From contig OZ024743.1 of NCBI GenBank assembly GCA_964016885.1, positions 334,738,001-334,802,000 of the forward strand: a DNA stretch of 64,000 nt. Direction: 5' to 3'. The position numbers and the translations under genes were made by a program. The notes under the pieces are model-generated. The model saw only the letters and a program-made list of their open reading frames with translations, searched no databases and was not told where the DNA came from. Shown here in pieces: positions 28,163 through 42,039 of this stretch. Every line of letters starts with the position of its first letter. The first letter of the stretch is position 1. This DNA comes from Eledone cirrhosa. Its lineage: Eukaryota.

Positions 28163-28427
28163 CTTAAGAGCTTTGGCCTGGGCAAACATCCCCTCAATTT
28201 TGGAACCGTCTGGGTTGTCCAGAATTGATGGGAGGAGACCTGACGGTCTTACACTGTGCTCCTGATCAAGAGGCAGAGGCCTTATCTGGGACGCCACAGT
28301 TAGTGACTCTTTTGTTTCTTCTCTGATCCTGGATGTAGTGGTAAGGGCGACAGCTACTGCATCCGAAGCTGAACGGAATAAAATTCTAAAATACCGTGAT
28401 CTGTCGGCCAACTACGTTTTCCAGTTG
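28163..28427 (+). mobile_element. CRE-clade non-LTR retrotransposon restriction-like endonuclease fragment
   Basis: Translates [47 protein letters not shown]...AERNKILKYRDL, showing the RPDG..WD.T..AE..K..KY motif. Confidence 0.8.
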
Positions 28428-29037
28428 CTCCAGTTCACTCAGCAGGCAAAAATGAGTTGTCTTTAAATTAAAAAGTCAACATTGTCACTCACTGTTTCAT
28501 GCTGAATCGCATTATGGATACACGTGTCTGTGTACTGAATAGCCCATGTGTATGTCAATTTCGTGAGTAGGTTATTCCCTTGGTTATACAACTGTAACAA
28601 TGCTTGTCGACACATCAACGGAGGTCCAACATCAGCGATCTCTTATAATTTAAATTGTAGTTATGACTAATAAACATCTAAAGGTGAAGTTAATAATCAG
28701 TAAAGTCTTAATAACTATACATTAAAAGAGTCACTTAAGCCAATCCTATTCACTTTGTTGTTTGTTTCTTCATAGTACATATTCACAGAAGTATGACGAA
28801 ACGTTTTGACATAATCGATTATGCTATTGGAAATAAAAGAAACGTTAATTTAAGCGTTTTTTTTTGTTACTTAATTTGACTACACTTACTCTCCCAAGAC
28901 ATGTTTCAGTTCCAAAGGAGGGCATTAGATGACATCATTTGAAAAACTATTACACTACCCCAAATTATTACAGTAATAACACATAAGTTGAATTCATTTC
29001 AAGAAGACAGCAACAATGTCTATAGTAAATTTACTAA

Positions 29038-29466
29038 CAATAATGATTTCTACTATATGCACAAGGTCAGTGATTAGGGGGGAGGGGAAAGTTGATTAAA
29101 TCGACCACAGTATGTTACTGGTACTTTATTTTATCGACCCCATAAGGATGAAAGACAAAGTTAACCTCGGCGGGATTTCAACTGAGATCGTAAAAGACCA
29201 TAACGCTATGCTGTAAAGCATGGTGTCTGACGCTCTACCGATACTGCCAACCCCCCGCCCTTATAATAGTTTCTTATATAGGCACAAGACCAGCAATTTT
29301 AGAGGGAGGAAAAAGTCGATTAAATCGACCCCAGTGTGTGACTGGTACATTATTTTATCGATCCCATAAAGATGAAAGACAGAGCTAACTTCGGCGGTAT
29401 TTCAACGTAAAAGGAAGTAACTATATGCCTTACAGCATATTGTCCAACACTCTAACGATACTGCCA
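29038..29466 (-). mobile_element. Two tandem SINE copies (major family, longer-tail variant)
   Basis: Two reverse-complement copies with an extra ggaggg...gattaaatcgacc segment. Confidence 0.8.
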
Positions 29467-29479
29467 TAACAATGATTCA

Positions 29480-31570
29480 GTGAGAAGCATACCAAGCTAA
29501 GAACATTCGATAGAAAGAATGTAAAACAAAAACCTAGTATTCAGAGAAGTTAGGCTCAAGGTGATAAACTGGGAATGGACAGATAAATAGTTTTGTGAAA
29601 AAGATGAATAGAAAATTGCATAGCTGTGTTGAGACGAAATGTGAGCCAATTACAACCTTTAAACGAAGACTGACTAAAGAAAGAAGGAATCACCAAAATA
29701 CTATAGAGAATATATGATGGGAAAAATAGATCTGTAAATGTTGTAATTAAAGAACTGAAGCAAAGAGTTTCAGTAAGGAAAAGTAAATTAAACTGATAAT
29801 CAGACGAGATTATTTGAGAAGGCGGAAGGAGTTAAACGATACAGCATTGGATTACCAGACGTAGAGAGAAGCTTACATATATGGAGGGATATGTAGAGCA
29901 AGAAACTTAGTCACAACGAGGAGATGGAGTAGATAGAAGTAGAAAAAACTGAGACAAGTAAAACAGCAGGTTGATATAATAATTACTTCGGAGTGCATTT
30001 TAAACACGCTACAAAACTACCAAACTGGAAGTTACCTAGACTAGATGGCGTGCATGGACTCTAGCTGAAGACGATTAAGACAACGAGGCAAGTGCTGGAA
30101 AACATATTAAATGCATGTCTCCAGCGTGGAAGTATCTCGAATTGAATAATTAAAGTTAGAACAGCCCTGATCATAAAGGACAAACAGAAAATAGTTGAAT
30201 TCTCAACTAGTAAGTAACCTGTGATATGGATAATTAAAGAAAATATCGATTTCCTCCTAAAATAGTCTCTCCAAAATGGGTGTCCCGATCACCTAGCTGG
30301 AGAATGCAATTGACACTTTTTTCATTTTATTTTGTATTTTAGCTTTAGAGGGTATATGCCGTTTCGAAATAAACCTATTCTTCGCGAGTTTGAGAAAGTA
30401 CCAGATTGGTGACCGGCGTGAATATGTCCTCTAACATTGCAATATGATGAAATGTACGAAAGAGTCTTTATTTGCTGACCATTGCAATTTTTTTGGCAAA
30501 AAAGTAATAAATAAAATAAAATAAAACTTTGCGATGTTACACTTAAAAACAGATTCCACAATTTAAGATTTAATAATAACCATGCCGACATTAAAATTCG
30601 TCTTATTAAAGTAATAACACCGCGAATTAAATTTTATTACCAAACAGACATAGGCTGTTGGAACGTCGTGACAGATATATATTTAAAAATATCGGGTAGC
30701 GATTTAAAAAATATGGGAAGGCCTGACCCAAGGAATACAAATTGTGTGAGAAGGACAGGAGCAACAAAAGACCAGCTTTTAATTGATAAAATGATCATAA
30801 AAAATTACAAAAGAAGAAAATTTGGGTTAAAATGAGGTGGATCGATTATTGAACTCCACACTCGAGGTTTGAAGACACTCAAAATGTTTAGAGTTGTAGA
30901 TAACATGACTGAAGTGATAAAATTTAACATGCCGGTTATGGCATTTATAGCCATTTCGCCTACTCTCCCATACAGTCAGATCTGCCCTTATTTGCCCCTT
31001 CCCTCTGTTCCTTGCTTGGTTTTGTTTTTACCCACCTTTTTTCTTTTTTTCTTATTTCTGTCATATTTCCATCAATATTTGTAATGATATTTATACAACT
31101 GTGAATTAATTTATTGCCTGTAATTTTATTTTATTACAGGAATAAAACAGCTGATATTTTATCACCTCTATTGTTTGTCGTTGCCCACTTCCAAACTAAT
31201 TGAGGAAAATAAAAACCAGATATAATTTAGGAAATAAAACACGGAAGAGAATCAACCATTTAACTTTTCATAGTTGACCTGAAGCTTTATAGCACCAGGA
31301 ATGTAGATATTTGTTAACTCAGTGAAAGTATTTAATAATGATATAAAAGTGGTGTTTGATATATTCAAATGCGGAATTCTTGTTATGTTGAGAGACAAAT
31401 ACAATTAAAAAAACGGGGTGAATAAATCAAAGTTAAGTTTTGAAAGATTAACAGAGATGATGAATAATATAAGTACCTATGGGTTATAGAATCTGATGTT
31501 ATAACATATAGAACTATGAAAAACAAAATCAAGAGAGAGTAATTATGGAGTGTAAAGAAGATATTAAAGA
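29480..31570 (+). mobile_element. Heavily decayed R4/Dong-clade LINE reverse transcriptase, interrupted by insertions
   Basis: Collinear remnants PNWK.P.LDGVHG, RTALIIKD, TKDQLLIDKMI, WIDY, INHL..DLKL and YKYL, with many stops and frameshifts. Confidence 0.7.
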
Positions 31571-32922
31571 CAATAATTCTAATTGTTTCTACTCAGAATA
31601 GAAATGGCCGTAACTCTATGCGTCAAAGCATGACGTCCGACTCTCTACCGATACTGCCAATTCGATAATGATGATTGTGTGTATGTATATATGGCGATCT
31701 ACCTATTTATTGTAAATACACTTAGCTTTAACTCAACAAAATACTTCAGCAATGCTGGTATAATCACTGTCGCAGTCTCTCTCGCTCTCCCCTTCTCTCA
31801 CTATCATAAGCAAATTGGTGTCCATTTTACTTTGTGTGAAGTTTTAAGGTATTAGTTAATTTATTTATTAATCAACAATGGCATTTATTTGTTTATTTAT
31901 TTATTTGTTAATATTGGTCGATTATGGACCAACCAAGTGCTCTTGCCATAATAACACATTTTGAACTGCTTATCCTCAAGAACTATGCCTGTAAATAATA
32001 TTATTCTTTCTTTCCCATTACCTTATCATGTTCCACATCACCCCTTTTTTTTCTTTTTTCTTTTTAATTCAAAAATCTTGTTTGTAAATAACATTATTCT
32101 TTCTTTCCCATTTCTTTAACATGTTCAACATCACATTATTTTCTCTCCAACATTTTATACCAATACAAATTCCCCCCTTTGATGATTAATAGAATGCTGA
32201 AACCGGTAATAGACAATTATTAAATATATAAATAAATAAATAAATAAATAAATGCTATTGTTAATTAATAAATAAATTAACTAATATGTTAACACTTCAC
32301 ACAAAGTAAAATATTTCGTTTTAAACATTTTCTAACCCAGAAAAAATATAAAAATATAAAAGGAAATTTCTTACTGCTTCCTCTTTCTCTGAATCTTTAC
32401 CCTCTCTAGCAGTCACTCTCTCTGTTAGCCTCTTCCTCACCCTTCACTCACTCATTCTCTGTTACTACCTCTCCTCCTCCTCCTTCTTCCCGTTTGACAT
32501 GTGCGTAATTCTTTTCTCTCTCTCGTCTACGATTTCACAGAACTTACGTTCACCGAATACACAGACTGGATCCCTTCTTCCTCCCGATAGACCTGTACGG
32601 AATTCCTTCCTTGCTCACATTCCAACCAGGTTTGATGGTTTTTATTCTCTCTCGTTCACGATTTCACCGAATTTAAATTGATAGAAATTTGGGACTTGAC
32701 TCCTTCTTCCTCACTTTTCGTTGCTTCACCATCTTTGTTTGTTTACACTCGTGTCCCCTTTATTTACGTGTCCCAACGACTTTTTTTAGCCGTTGCTCGC
32801 ACCGACCGGAGGTATATGGTCTTTAAAGCGATGAAATACCAATGACGGTTGGAATATCACTGATGAAGGACTAACTTTATTCATATATATATATATATAT
32901 ATACATCCACATATGTGTATAT

Positions 32923-32953
<31 letters not shown>

Positions 32954-32975
32954 CGAATGATTCTCGGCTTCAGAG

Positions 32976-33026
<51 letters not shown>

Positions 33027-33035
33027 ATATAAATG

Positions 33036-33161
33036 GTTGACGTACGTCTCCGAACATACTTCGTGTTTTGGTTGACGTCGTCTCCGAACATACTTCGTGT
33101 TTTGGTTGACGTCGTCTCCGAACATACTTCGTGTTTTGGTTGACGTGCGTCTCCGAACATA
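33036..33161. repeat. 34-bp minisatellite, about 3.7 copies
   Basis: Unit gttgacgtcgtctccgaacatacttcgtgttttg. Confidence 0.9.
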
Positions 33162-34092
33162 TGTGTATATACATGTAGGTATGTGTGTGCGCTTGTTATA
33201 TGCGTATTTATTTATATACGTTTATTTAATTATATGTATACACGCACACACACACATATATATATATTAATATATATATTTTTATATATAATTTTATGTG
33301 TATTTGGTGTATATATTCGTTTGCGTGCGAGTACAGGCGTTGCGTGGGTTCTGTATGTGCGCGCGGGTTTTTTTATTTTTTTATTTTTTTTATTTTCGTG
33401 TACGTGCGTGTATTTGTATACCTATGGTGAGTGTTTTCGCGTATGCTTGTGTATGTATGTATATGGATGCGTGTATGTATTCATTTAATTTCGATTACCT
33501 CTGTATTTTATTTACTTTATTCTTAACTCTGAAGCCGAGAATCATTCGGTTTCCTAGTTAGAATTTTAGTCTACGTCTCCACTTATACCATTTACGTGGT
33601 GTTGTCTTTGCGTGCTATTATTCTCCCCGCTCCACATATGACGTATTATCTTCGTTTTTTCCGTTCAATGCCAGAGAACGTCTCTATGAACCACCTAATA
33701 GAATATTAGTCTACGACTTCTTTTATACCATAAACGTGGTTTTGTATTTGCGTGTAATTATTTTTCACCGCTCCAAATAATGACGTATTATATTCGTTTT
33801 TTCCCGTTCTTTGCCAGGGAACGTTTCCACGAGCCAAAGTATCGTCTTCCTGTCTTCCTCCAGTTGCAACGTTTTTTGAAATATTCATTTCCGCGTTCGC
33901 AGATTGACTTTGTTAGTTTCAGAAAATCCCGTTAAGGGTGAAATCAGCCATTCTTTGCTTAAACTTTAATCTGTTATTTTAATAAATATATATATATATA
34001 TAACCAAATATTAATATGGTTCATTGATTACTCAATGAATATAGTTTTACAATAGATTAAAAACACTCTACAAGAAAGTCTTCTGGAGTTAT

Positions 34093-34458
34093 TATTATTC
34101 AGAATAATAATAAATGAAGACATTCACATAATCAAAATATATGTTTTATTATATATATTGCGAAGGTACTGTGCTGTTTTTTAAGTACGTCCTCGTCAGA
34201 TAAAATACATGAATTGATGTATGACATACCTCAACTGTCTTGATAGTTCAATTCCAGTATCTGCCAAAACTGGAATTCAACTATCAATACTGGAATTGAA
34301 CTATCAAGACAGTTGAGGTATGTCATGCATCAATTCATGTATTTTATATTTTATCTGACGAGGACGTACTGAAACAACAGCACAGTACCTTCGAAATATA
34401 TATAATAAAACATATATTTTCATTATGTGAATGTCTTCATTTATTATTATTCTGAATA
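34093..34458. repeat. Fold-back inverted repeat with an HHR motif in each arm (relative of the 13466 family)
   Basis: Plus: CTGACGA (34355)-ggac-gtact...agtac-cttc-GAAA (34393)-tatata. The minus arm has GCAA in place of GAAA. Confidence 0.8.
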
Positions 34459-34559
34459 TATATATGTATGTATGTGTCTGTGTAGAATCCCGATGTAAAC
34501 CGGTAGGCCACTACAGTTAAAAAAGGTACGCAATGTGTTAGACATTTCTATAATAAAAT

Positions 34560-34626
<67 letters not shown>

Positions 34627-34780
34627 TTAGTTAAGAAAAACAAGACCACAAATTTCACAAGGAAAACATTATTAAAAGATTGTCACCATATTTAGTTTGA
34701 TGTAAGGAATGTAGAGAATAATAATAATAATAATAATATTAATAATAATAATGCCCGTTTACAATTGTTTCGCTACTCCG

Positions 34781-34901
<121 letters not shown>

Positions 34902-35468
34902 TGTGTGTGTGGGTGTATGTGCATAATGACTAACAAGTACTATAAATAGCGGGAGAGATAATTGTTTTTAAAAACATAACGTTTTCATAGTATTTGTCTT
35001 CCCGCTCAAATAGTTACATTTACAAGATTCAATTACCGTCTAATCTGCATTTAAAATACCCAAATGGGGTTTTTCAACCTATCTGGGGTTTCTTCTGTAC
35101 CAGGAACAATGCAGTCCAGAATTAGGAAATTTTATATAATAACTATATAGAATATTTTGAGAAATCCACTATAATTATTGAGTGAGTTAAGTAGAGAGAG
35201 AGGATAATTATGATTGATATGTCACATGAATCTAACAAATCAATTATTTGTATTAGGCCATACAAATTTTATAAATATAGCTTAATACAATCGTAAGTTA
35301 TTTAACACATCAAATAATAATCTCCGCCCATAGGCGTAAGGTAGGTTGTGAATAGAGAGTAGCATTTCTATTACGTCGACCTTCCTGTATAATAGTAATT
35401 ATTTTACAGACTTGATGTGGACGAAGGACAACAATCGAAAATCAAGCGCCATAGACTCTTGGTATAAA

Positions 35469-36136
35469 TATAATTGTTTCTACCTTTGGCACAAGGCCAG
35501 CAAATACCCAGTACATTACTGGTACTTTATTTTATCGACCCCGTAAGGATGAAAGGCAAAGTTAACCTCGGCGGGATATGAACTCAGTCTGTAAAGGGTT
35601 GTAACTCTATGCTGGAAAGCATAGTGTCCGTCTCTCTACCGATACTGCCAATACACCACGTATAAATATAATAATAATTGTTTCTACTTTTGGCACAAGG
35701 CCAGCAAGTACCCAGTACATTACTGGTACTTTATTTTATCGACCCCGTAAGGATGAAAGGCAAAGTTAACCCCGGCGGGATTTGAACTCAGAATGGAAAG
35801 GGCCGTAACTCTATGCGTCAAAGCATGGCGTCCGACCCTCTACCGATACTGCCAATCCACCGCGTATAAATATAATAATAATAATAATAATGATGAGAGG
35901 TAGGAAAATGAATGGGGAAAGAATGAGAGGTATGTGAATGTGGCGGAGGAGAATGGGTAGGAAATGAGGAAGGTGATAATAAACTTGATGAGAATGAATA
36001 TACAAAGAAGGCGAAGGGTAGGGATGTGAGGGATCATTTTAACTTTGCCTTTCATCCTTACGGGGTCGATAAAATAATGTACCAGTAATGTACTGGTGTA
36101 ATTGCTGGCCTTGTGCCAAAAGTAAAAATAATTATT
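35469..36136. mobile_element. Cluster of major SINEs: two tandem minus copies (35469-35660, 35670-35863) and a partial plus copy (~36038-36136)
   Basis: Match to the other major-family SINE copies. Confidence 0.85.
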
Positions 36137-36970
36137 ATCCAGCAGCGTTATCAGAATAATGGAATGGATCTCCACCGGCTACGATGAGGAGTGTCGTCGG
36201 ATCAACTGAATAGACTGTACATGTAATTAACGTGTAAGTGAGTATTCCACAGACATATGTAGCATGAACGTAATTTTCAGTGAGATTCTGCGTGACACTT
36301 TGTTTTCACGGTAACCCTATTTCCACCTTCCTCGCGTGGCAGAGATATGCTTTCCAATCAATACTCTAGAATTCACTGAACTATCTCGTGACGACGCTTG
36401 CTTAGTGTTTAGAAAGTTTGATTCGCAAGCGTGAGGCTGCCAGTTCGATACCTGGACCGGGCGATGCGTTATGTCCTTGAGAGAGACACTTTATTTCATG
36501 TTGTTCTTTCTGCCAGGAGTTGCGACCGATAGATAGAATCAGAAATGGAAAGATCAATCGAAACTTCGTTTTTGGTCCGATGAAGAGTTCCTCCCCAATA
36601 GGAAGAGATTGACGTCTGGGAACTTGTCGATTGTTTAAAAAAAATCTCGTAAGGTAGGTCCAATGAGTACTCGTATATTACTTACCCCTTTCGATACTCT
36701 AGATTTAGTAAACAACCTTCTTAACATACCAGTATCAATAAGCAAAAGACTACACAATATTTGTTTACTTCGCCTTTCACAGCGAATCCTATGGGTTACC
36801 TACTTTTGTTTATCAATATATGAATGTATATATATATATATTAGAAAGTGAGGTTTTTTTTACAAAATGAAAAATAACCGAAGTGTCCTACACGAGTGAA
36901 AGTATAAGGAAAAAAGATGAAATAAAATGCAACTGGAGTCTTTTTTAAAAAGAAATATATTTATTTGGTT

Positions 36971-37008
36971 CCTTTACCGGTTTCGCAGTTTTTCTGCTTT
37001 TCAAAAGT
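36971..37008 (-). ncRNA. Minimal hammerhead ribozyme, U3-A8 variant
   Basis: actt-TTGAAAA-gcag(aaaaa)ctgc-GAAA-ccgg-TA-aagg. Lies in a ~330-bp repeat also found at 41355-41690 and 47511-47770. Confidence 0.8.
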
Positions 37009-37647
37009 AGAATTGAGATGGAGGGTCTGTGGTTTTTCTCACACCTGGTTGGTCTTTGAATGTTACTTCTGTTTTATATGGATAAAAGTGGCTCGAAATG
37101 CCTGCTTTTTAGAGAAGTAATTTGATTGGTTGGTGAATAAGTATAATAAATTTCGCGCAAGTTCACGTTATAAAGTTCTTGAAACAGGGGGGGGTTCTCA
37201 GGTTGTTTTTTCATATATGAGTGAAGTTTGGTTGGTTGATGCAGTCACGTGAATAAGCACATGAGCTTTCGCGACAGTTTGTGTTTAAATTTCTTTTTAC
37301 TTAAAAAAAGGTGGCTCACGAAGGCTTTTTTTTATAAATGTAATTTGATTGGTTATAAATTAAAATATGGCTGTCACGTGAACAAGTGCATTAAATTTAG
37401 CGCCCGTATTTTGGAATTTTTTTTATAGCCATTTAGAGAATTTTGTGCCAAACAAAAGATAATGGTCAAGAAAATGGGATGGGGGGAATTGTTCTGGTTC
37501 AGTGAATATGGCTGGTGCGCTGGGGTGTCAGAATTCAGATTTTCTATTGAATAAAGAAAGTAAAGATATGTATGTTTATTTGTGTGCCTGTGTGTGTGTG
37601 TGTATGTGTAGAAAGATGATTCTATTAGTGGAAATAAGGGAGGGAGT

Positions 37648-37679
<32 letters not shown>

Positions 37680-38013
37680 GGTGTTATGTGTGTGTGTGGG
37701 AGTATGGTTAGCATGTTAAGATGGAGAGAATAAATATATTTTGTATCAAATTAGCCAAAGTACGCCAATTCTAACCTGTATAGTGCCCCAACCATGGCTT
37801 CAATAACTAAAAGAGCCAGGACTTAGAATTTTAAGACATTGGAATAACTAAAACTGAGAAAAGTGAAGTTTTATCGACAGGAGGCGAGTTCATCTTAAGA
37901 ATATGGGACAAGTAGAAACATTAGCATACATACCGAATCATTGCTAGATTGTATATGTGAACAACGTGTTATATATATATATATATACTTGGAAACTCTG
38001 CTTAGAAGAATCG

Positions 38014-38112
38014 AGACATATCTGAGAGGAACATGCGATTTCAGAGTCAGGTTCGATCATCGCATCGATCGTGCCTCGAGCTTATCGCCAGAGAAACGAT
38101 TGTAATATGTCT
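38014..38112 (+). ncRNA. HHR-like motif with perfect 8-bp stem I and long stem II; core altered
   Basis: agacatat-CTGAGAG...GAAA-cgattg-TA-atatgtct. Confidence 0.55.
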
Positions 38113-38226
38113 AATAAATTTTAATTCGTCGCACCACTGATTCTCCATTTCTTATGTGATATATATATATGTATACATATTTCGTATCTCCAAAGAAATA
38201 CAGTTTTAGGAAGCGAAATCCTATTT

Positions 38227-38262
<36 letters not shown>

Positions 38263-38382
38263 TAACAATAAAGGAACAAAGGGTCAATGCTGCATCATAA
38301 CATATTTAATAACATATCACATATGTTTCACTGACGATTAGCTCGAGGAACGATCTATTATTATTGATCGAACCTATACACC

Positions 38383-38434
<52 letters not shown>

Positions 38435-38454
38435 ATGGGTGAAAGAGTGATAGT

Positions 38455-39640
38455 AAGATAGATAGATATATTTCTTTATTAGCCACAAGGGCGCACAAGA
38501 AAAGGGGACAATACAAAGACATGCCAGGGATTTTACATATAGTGGTGTAAAAAATATAAAAACAAACAATTACAACAATGGAAATCCCCAATAGGGGGGA
38601 GGCGCCACAAATGGGTTGTTAAATACCCCGTCGATACAACAACCCTCAACTCCAGGAGCGTGTTGTGCTAGTTTCCTTTCTTCCTTTTGCTCTCTTCCTC
38701 AACCTACAGGCTTATAAACAGAGAAGGCCCAATCACTCGGGCTATTTTCGTTTCATTCACCTACCTTTCAATAAATTTACTGGGGTGCAGTGCCTCTCTC
38801 TCCACCTGATTCTCCTTCTAAAGTGATACTTAAAGAAGGGAATCAATTGTTGTCCGGAGAGAAAGGCATCTGTCCTCAGTCCTCTCAACCTCGTCCACAT
38901 ATAACTTCTTTCACCATAGCCACCGTACAGAGGAAAACCGCCTCTCTTTCGTTTTTGAAAGAGGCTGGCGGTTTGATCCTTACTATAGACTCGGCAGTCA
39001 ACTGGATTTGTCCCATACGCGACAGCAGTTGTTCTGCATAGTTCCACAGGTCGGTTACGCCCGGGCAGTGTACAATTGCGTGCAGGACTGTACAATCTCC
39101 TGCGCGCATCTTGGATACGTCCTCTTGGAAGGATCCGTGCCGGGGCGTCCGTGCCTGTAGATCTTGTTACGAACCCGTAGAGCTCCTCGGTAGCACTACC
39201 ATGCCAGGGACCTCTGGAAGTTATCCATAGGTCCCGGGCGGAAAGTCCTACCAAACAGACTGGTGAGCTCATCGTCTTCGACGCCCAGAGTCTCTCCGAG
39301 CACGTTGTCGTCCTTGTAACGTACAATCCCTCTATAGAATGTCGAAGTGGAGTCTCCACTGATTGCTGCGCCCGCTTGCCAGAGGACTGTGAGCGCCTGA
39401 GCGCATTTAATGTGCCAGGCGCGCCCATCGTTTTCGCTCTTTTCTTCACCCAGGACTGCAGCTCCGTCAGCAAGACGAGCTGCGGGAAGGCCTGTCTCAC
39501 AAACGGTGCCCACACCGGTTGGGGGTCGGTGAGGAATACTTGGAGATGCCGCAGCCTCAGCGAATGTTTGCGCATCATCAGCCACGGCATTCCCAGCCCT
39601 TCGTTGGAAGGGTGTTGACAGCAGACGGATCTCCTCATCC
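38455..39640 (-). mobile_element. Tx1/L1-type LINE 3' part (ORF2 C-terminus, 3' UTR, tail), frameshifted
   Basis: EGLGMPWL..RKHSLRLRHL, FQRSLAW, TVLHAIVHCPGVTDLW (RT-associated zinc-knuckle region). Ends aataaagaaatatatctatctatc. Confidence 0.75.
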
Positions 39641-40056
39641 GTCTCAGACTTGATGCCGTGGTAGTGGGAAATAAATGACGAATATTAATATAGTGGTATC
39701 TTAGATAAGAACAATAGCCAAAGAAATTTTCAGGGAAAAGAGAGTTGTTTATATATCATCAGAGAAGGACAACATAAACGAATTTAAGAGAGAAATAGAA
39801 AGATATTTGAAAGAGATAGTAACTTTGAAGAGGAAAGATGTAACATGTAAATGAGCGTAAACATATTTAAATACATACTTATAAGTAAGCAAACATACAC
39901 AAACACACACATATATATATACACACAAACATATATACACACACACACACATATATATACGCACATACAAGCACATACACAAGCACATACACACATATAT
40001 ATATACAAAGACACACGCATACACACACATACACACACACACACACGTATATATAT

Positions 40057-40247
40057 ATAACGAAGGAAAAGTGGTAAGGAACGGGGTGGACCATAACGCA
40101 CCAAAGTACTCAATACTTAGGGTAGTAGAGTGGGTAATAGGAACGAGTAGGACCCCTACGGCTGAGCTGAAGCCGTTTCAACGGCTAATTTTGGACTGAA
40201 TTGCCCGTCGAAACGGCTTGAGCTCAGCCGTCGGGGTCCTACTCGTT

Positions 40248-40250
<3 letters not shown>
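40057..40250. repeat. Inverted pair of HHR 3'-half/tail fragments (10317 family)
   Basis: Same layout as 14281-14492. Confidence 0.85.
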
Positions 40251-40287
<37 letters not shown>

Positions 40288-41323
40288 TATATACATGTAG
40301 TATGCCAAACTAGAATGTCTTGAGGATTATATAAATGTACGATCTGTGAGGTGAGGAATCTTTAATAAAGGAAACAGAAATTGTCCTTTAGAGTAAATTT
40401 CAAGTATACCAATACATGTGCGTGTTTGTATCTGTGTGTATGTGTGAGTGTGTCTGTGTGTATGCGTGAGTGACTGTGTGTGTGTGCATGTGTGTATGTA
40501 AGTGAATGTGACTGTGTGTGTGTATGTGTGTATGTGAGTGACTGTGTATGTATGTGTGTATGTAAATGTGAGTGACTGTGTGTGTGTGTATGTGTGTGTG
40601 TGTGTGTTAGTGACTGTGTCTGTTTGTAAATGTGAGTGACTGTGTGTGTGTGTGTTAATGACTGGGCGTGTGTGTGTAAAAATGACTGTAACAACGACCG
40701 ATTGTTTTTAATATTAGTTTTAGAAAATTGTGTAAAATATCTTTAGTGACAAAAAAAAATAAAAAAAAAATAAAGTGGCCGGCAGTCACTGTGAAAAAAA
40801 CGCATAGGATTTTATTTTGAAACGAAAACTGGTCTTAAACGTACGTGCCGATAGCCCAATATACATTTTAGTGAATTTTTCCCGCTGCCTTTCAGTTTGG
40901 TTTGTATATACCTTCTTTAGAAATAGATCTGTTGTCGGATGTGCATCGTAGTCTATCAGTACAGGATCTTTTCTATCACGAAATTTAGTCAGGAGAGACG
41001 ATCCTGTTAATACGCAGGTGAATTCACAGAATGACAGGACTCGGGTTTTTACACCTTACACGCATTAATTTAACTATGGTACTGAGTAATGATTTGCGCG
41101 GTTGTCAATATGAAGACGGTATCTCCCTAACTTTATCTCTCTCTTTCTCTCCCCCTCTCTCTCTCTCTGTCTCTTTCTCTGTATATATATATATATATAT
41201 ATATATACAGAGAGAGAGAGAGAGAGACAGATATATATATATATATATTAGGTTGTACCATCAATTCCCGCCATTTTTTATTAAACAAATTATAACAACG
41301 GCGGGAATGTATGTTACAACCCA

Positions 41324-41361
<38 letters not shown>

Positions 41362-41488
41362 GTGAGTTTTTTTCACAAAATGAAAAATAACCGAGGTGTC
41401 CTACACGAGTGAAAGTATAAAGAAAAAAAGATGAAATCGAAAATGCAACTGGAGTCTTTTTTTTTTAAAGATATATATTTATTTGGTT

Positions 41489-41526
41489 CCTTTACCGGTT
41501 TCGCAGTTTTTCTGCTTTTCAAAAGT
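41489..41526 (-). ncRNA. Minimal hammerhead ribozyme, U3-A8 variant
   Basis: Identical to 36971-37008. Confidence 0.8.
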
Positions 41527-41930
41527 AGAGTTGAGATGGAGGGTCTGTGGTTTTTCTCACATCTGGTTGGTCTCTGAATGTTACTTGTTTTATATGGAAA
41601 AAGTGGCTCGAAATGCCAGGTTTTTCGAGAAGTAATTTCATTGGTTGGTCAATAATTATAATAAATTTCGCGCCAGTTCGCGTTACAATAGTTCTTCTCC
41701 AAACAATAGTTCTTCTCCAAACAATTGTTTCATTATAAGTTTTCTACAAGTTGGGAGAATGTTTCCAGTTTATGTAGAAGCCTAACATATTTTCATGTAA
41801 GAATATATATATATTTATACATATATATATATATATTTGTGTATGTGTTTCTGTATTTTGTATATGTGTATACATGTGTATTTCTGTAGATGTGTTTGTA
41901 TATGTTTATATATATGTGTATATTTATGTG

Positions 41931-41992
<62 letters not shown>

Positions 41993-42039
41993 GGTATATA
42001 TATGTGTGTATATATATGTGTATATATATGTGTATATAT

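Noticed and set aside
32830-32876. GAAA...CTGATGA as a permuted hammerhead
   Set aside because: There is no room for a stem I hairpin and no complementary stem II.
33036-33161. Possible CRISPR array (34-bp repeats)
   Set aside because: The repeats are contiguous with no spacers, the context is eukaryotic, and no cas genes are present.
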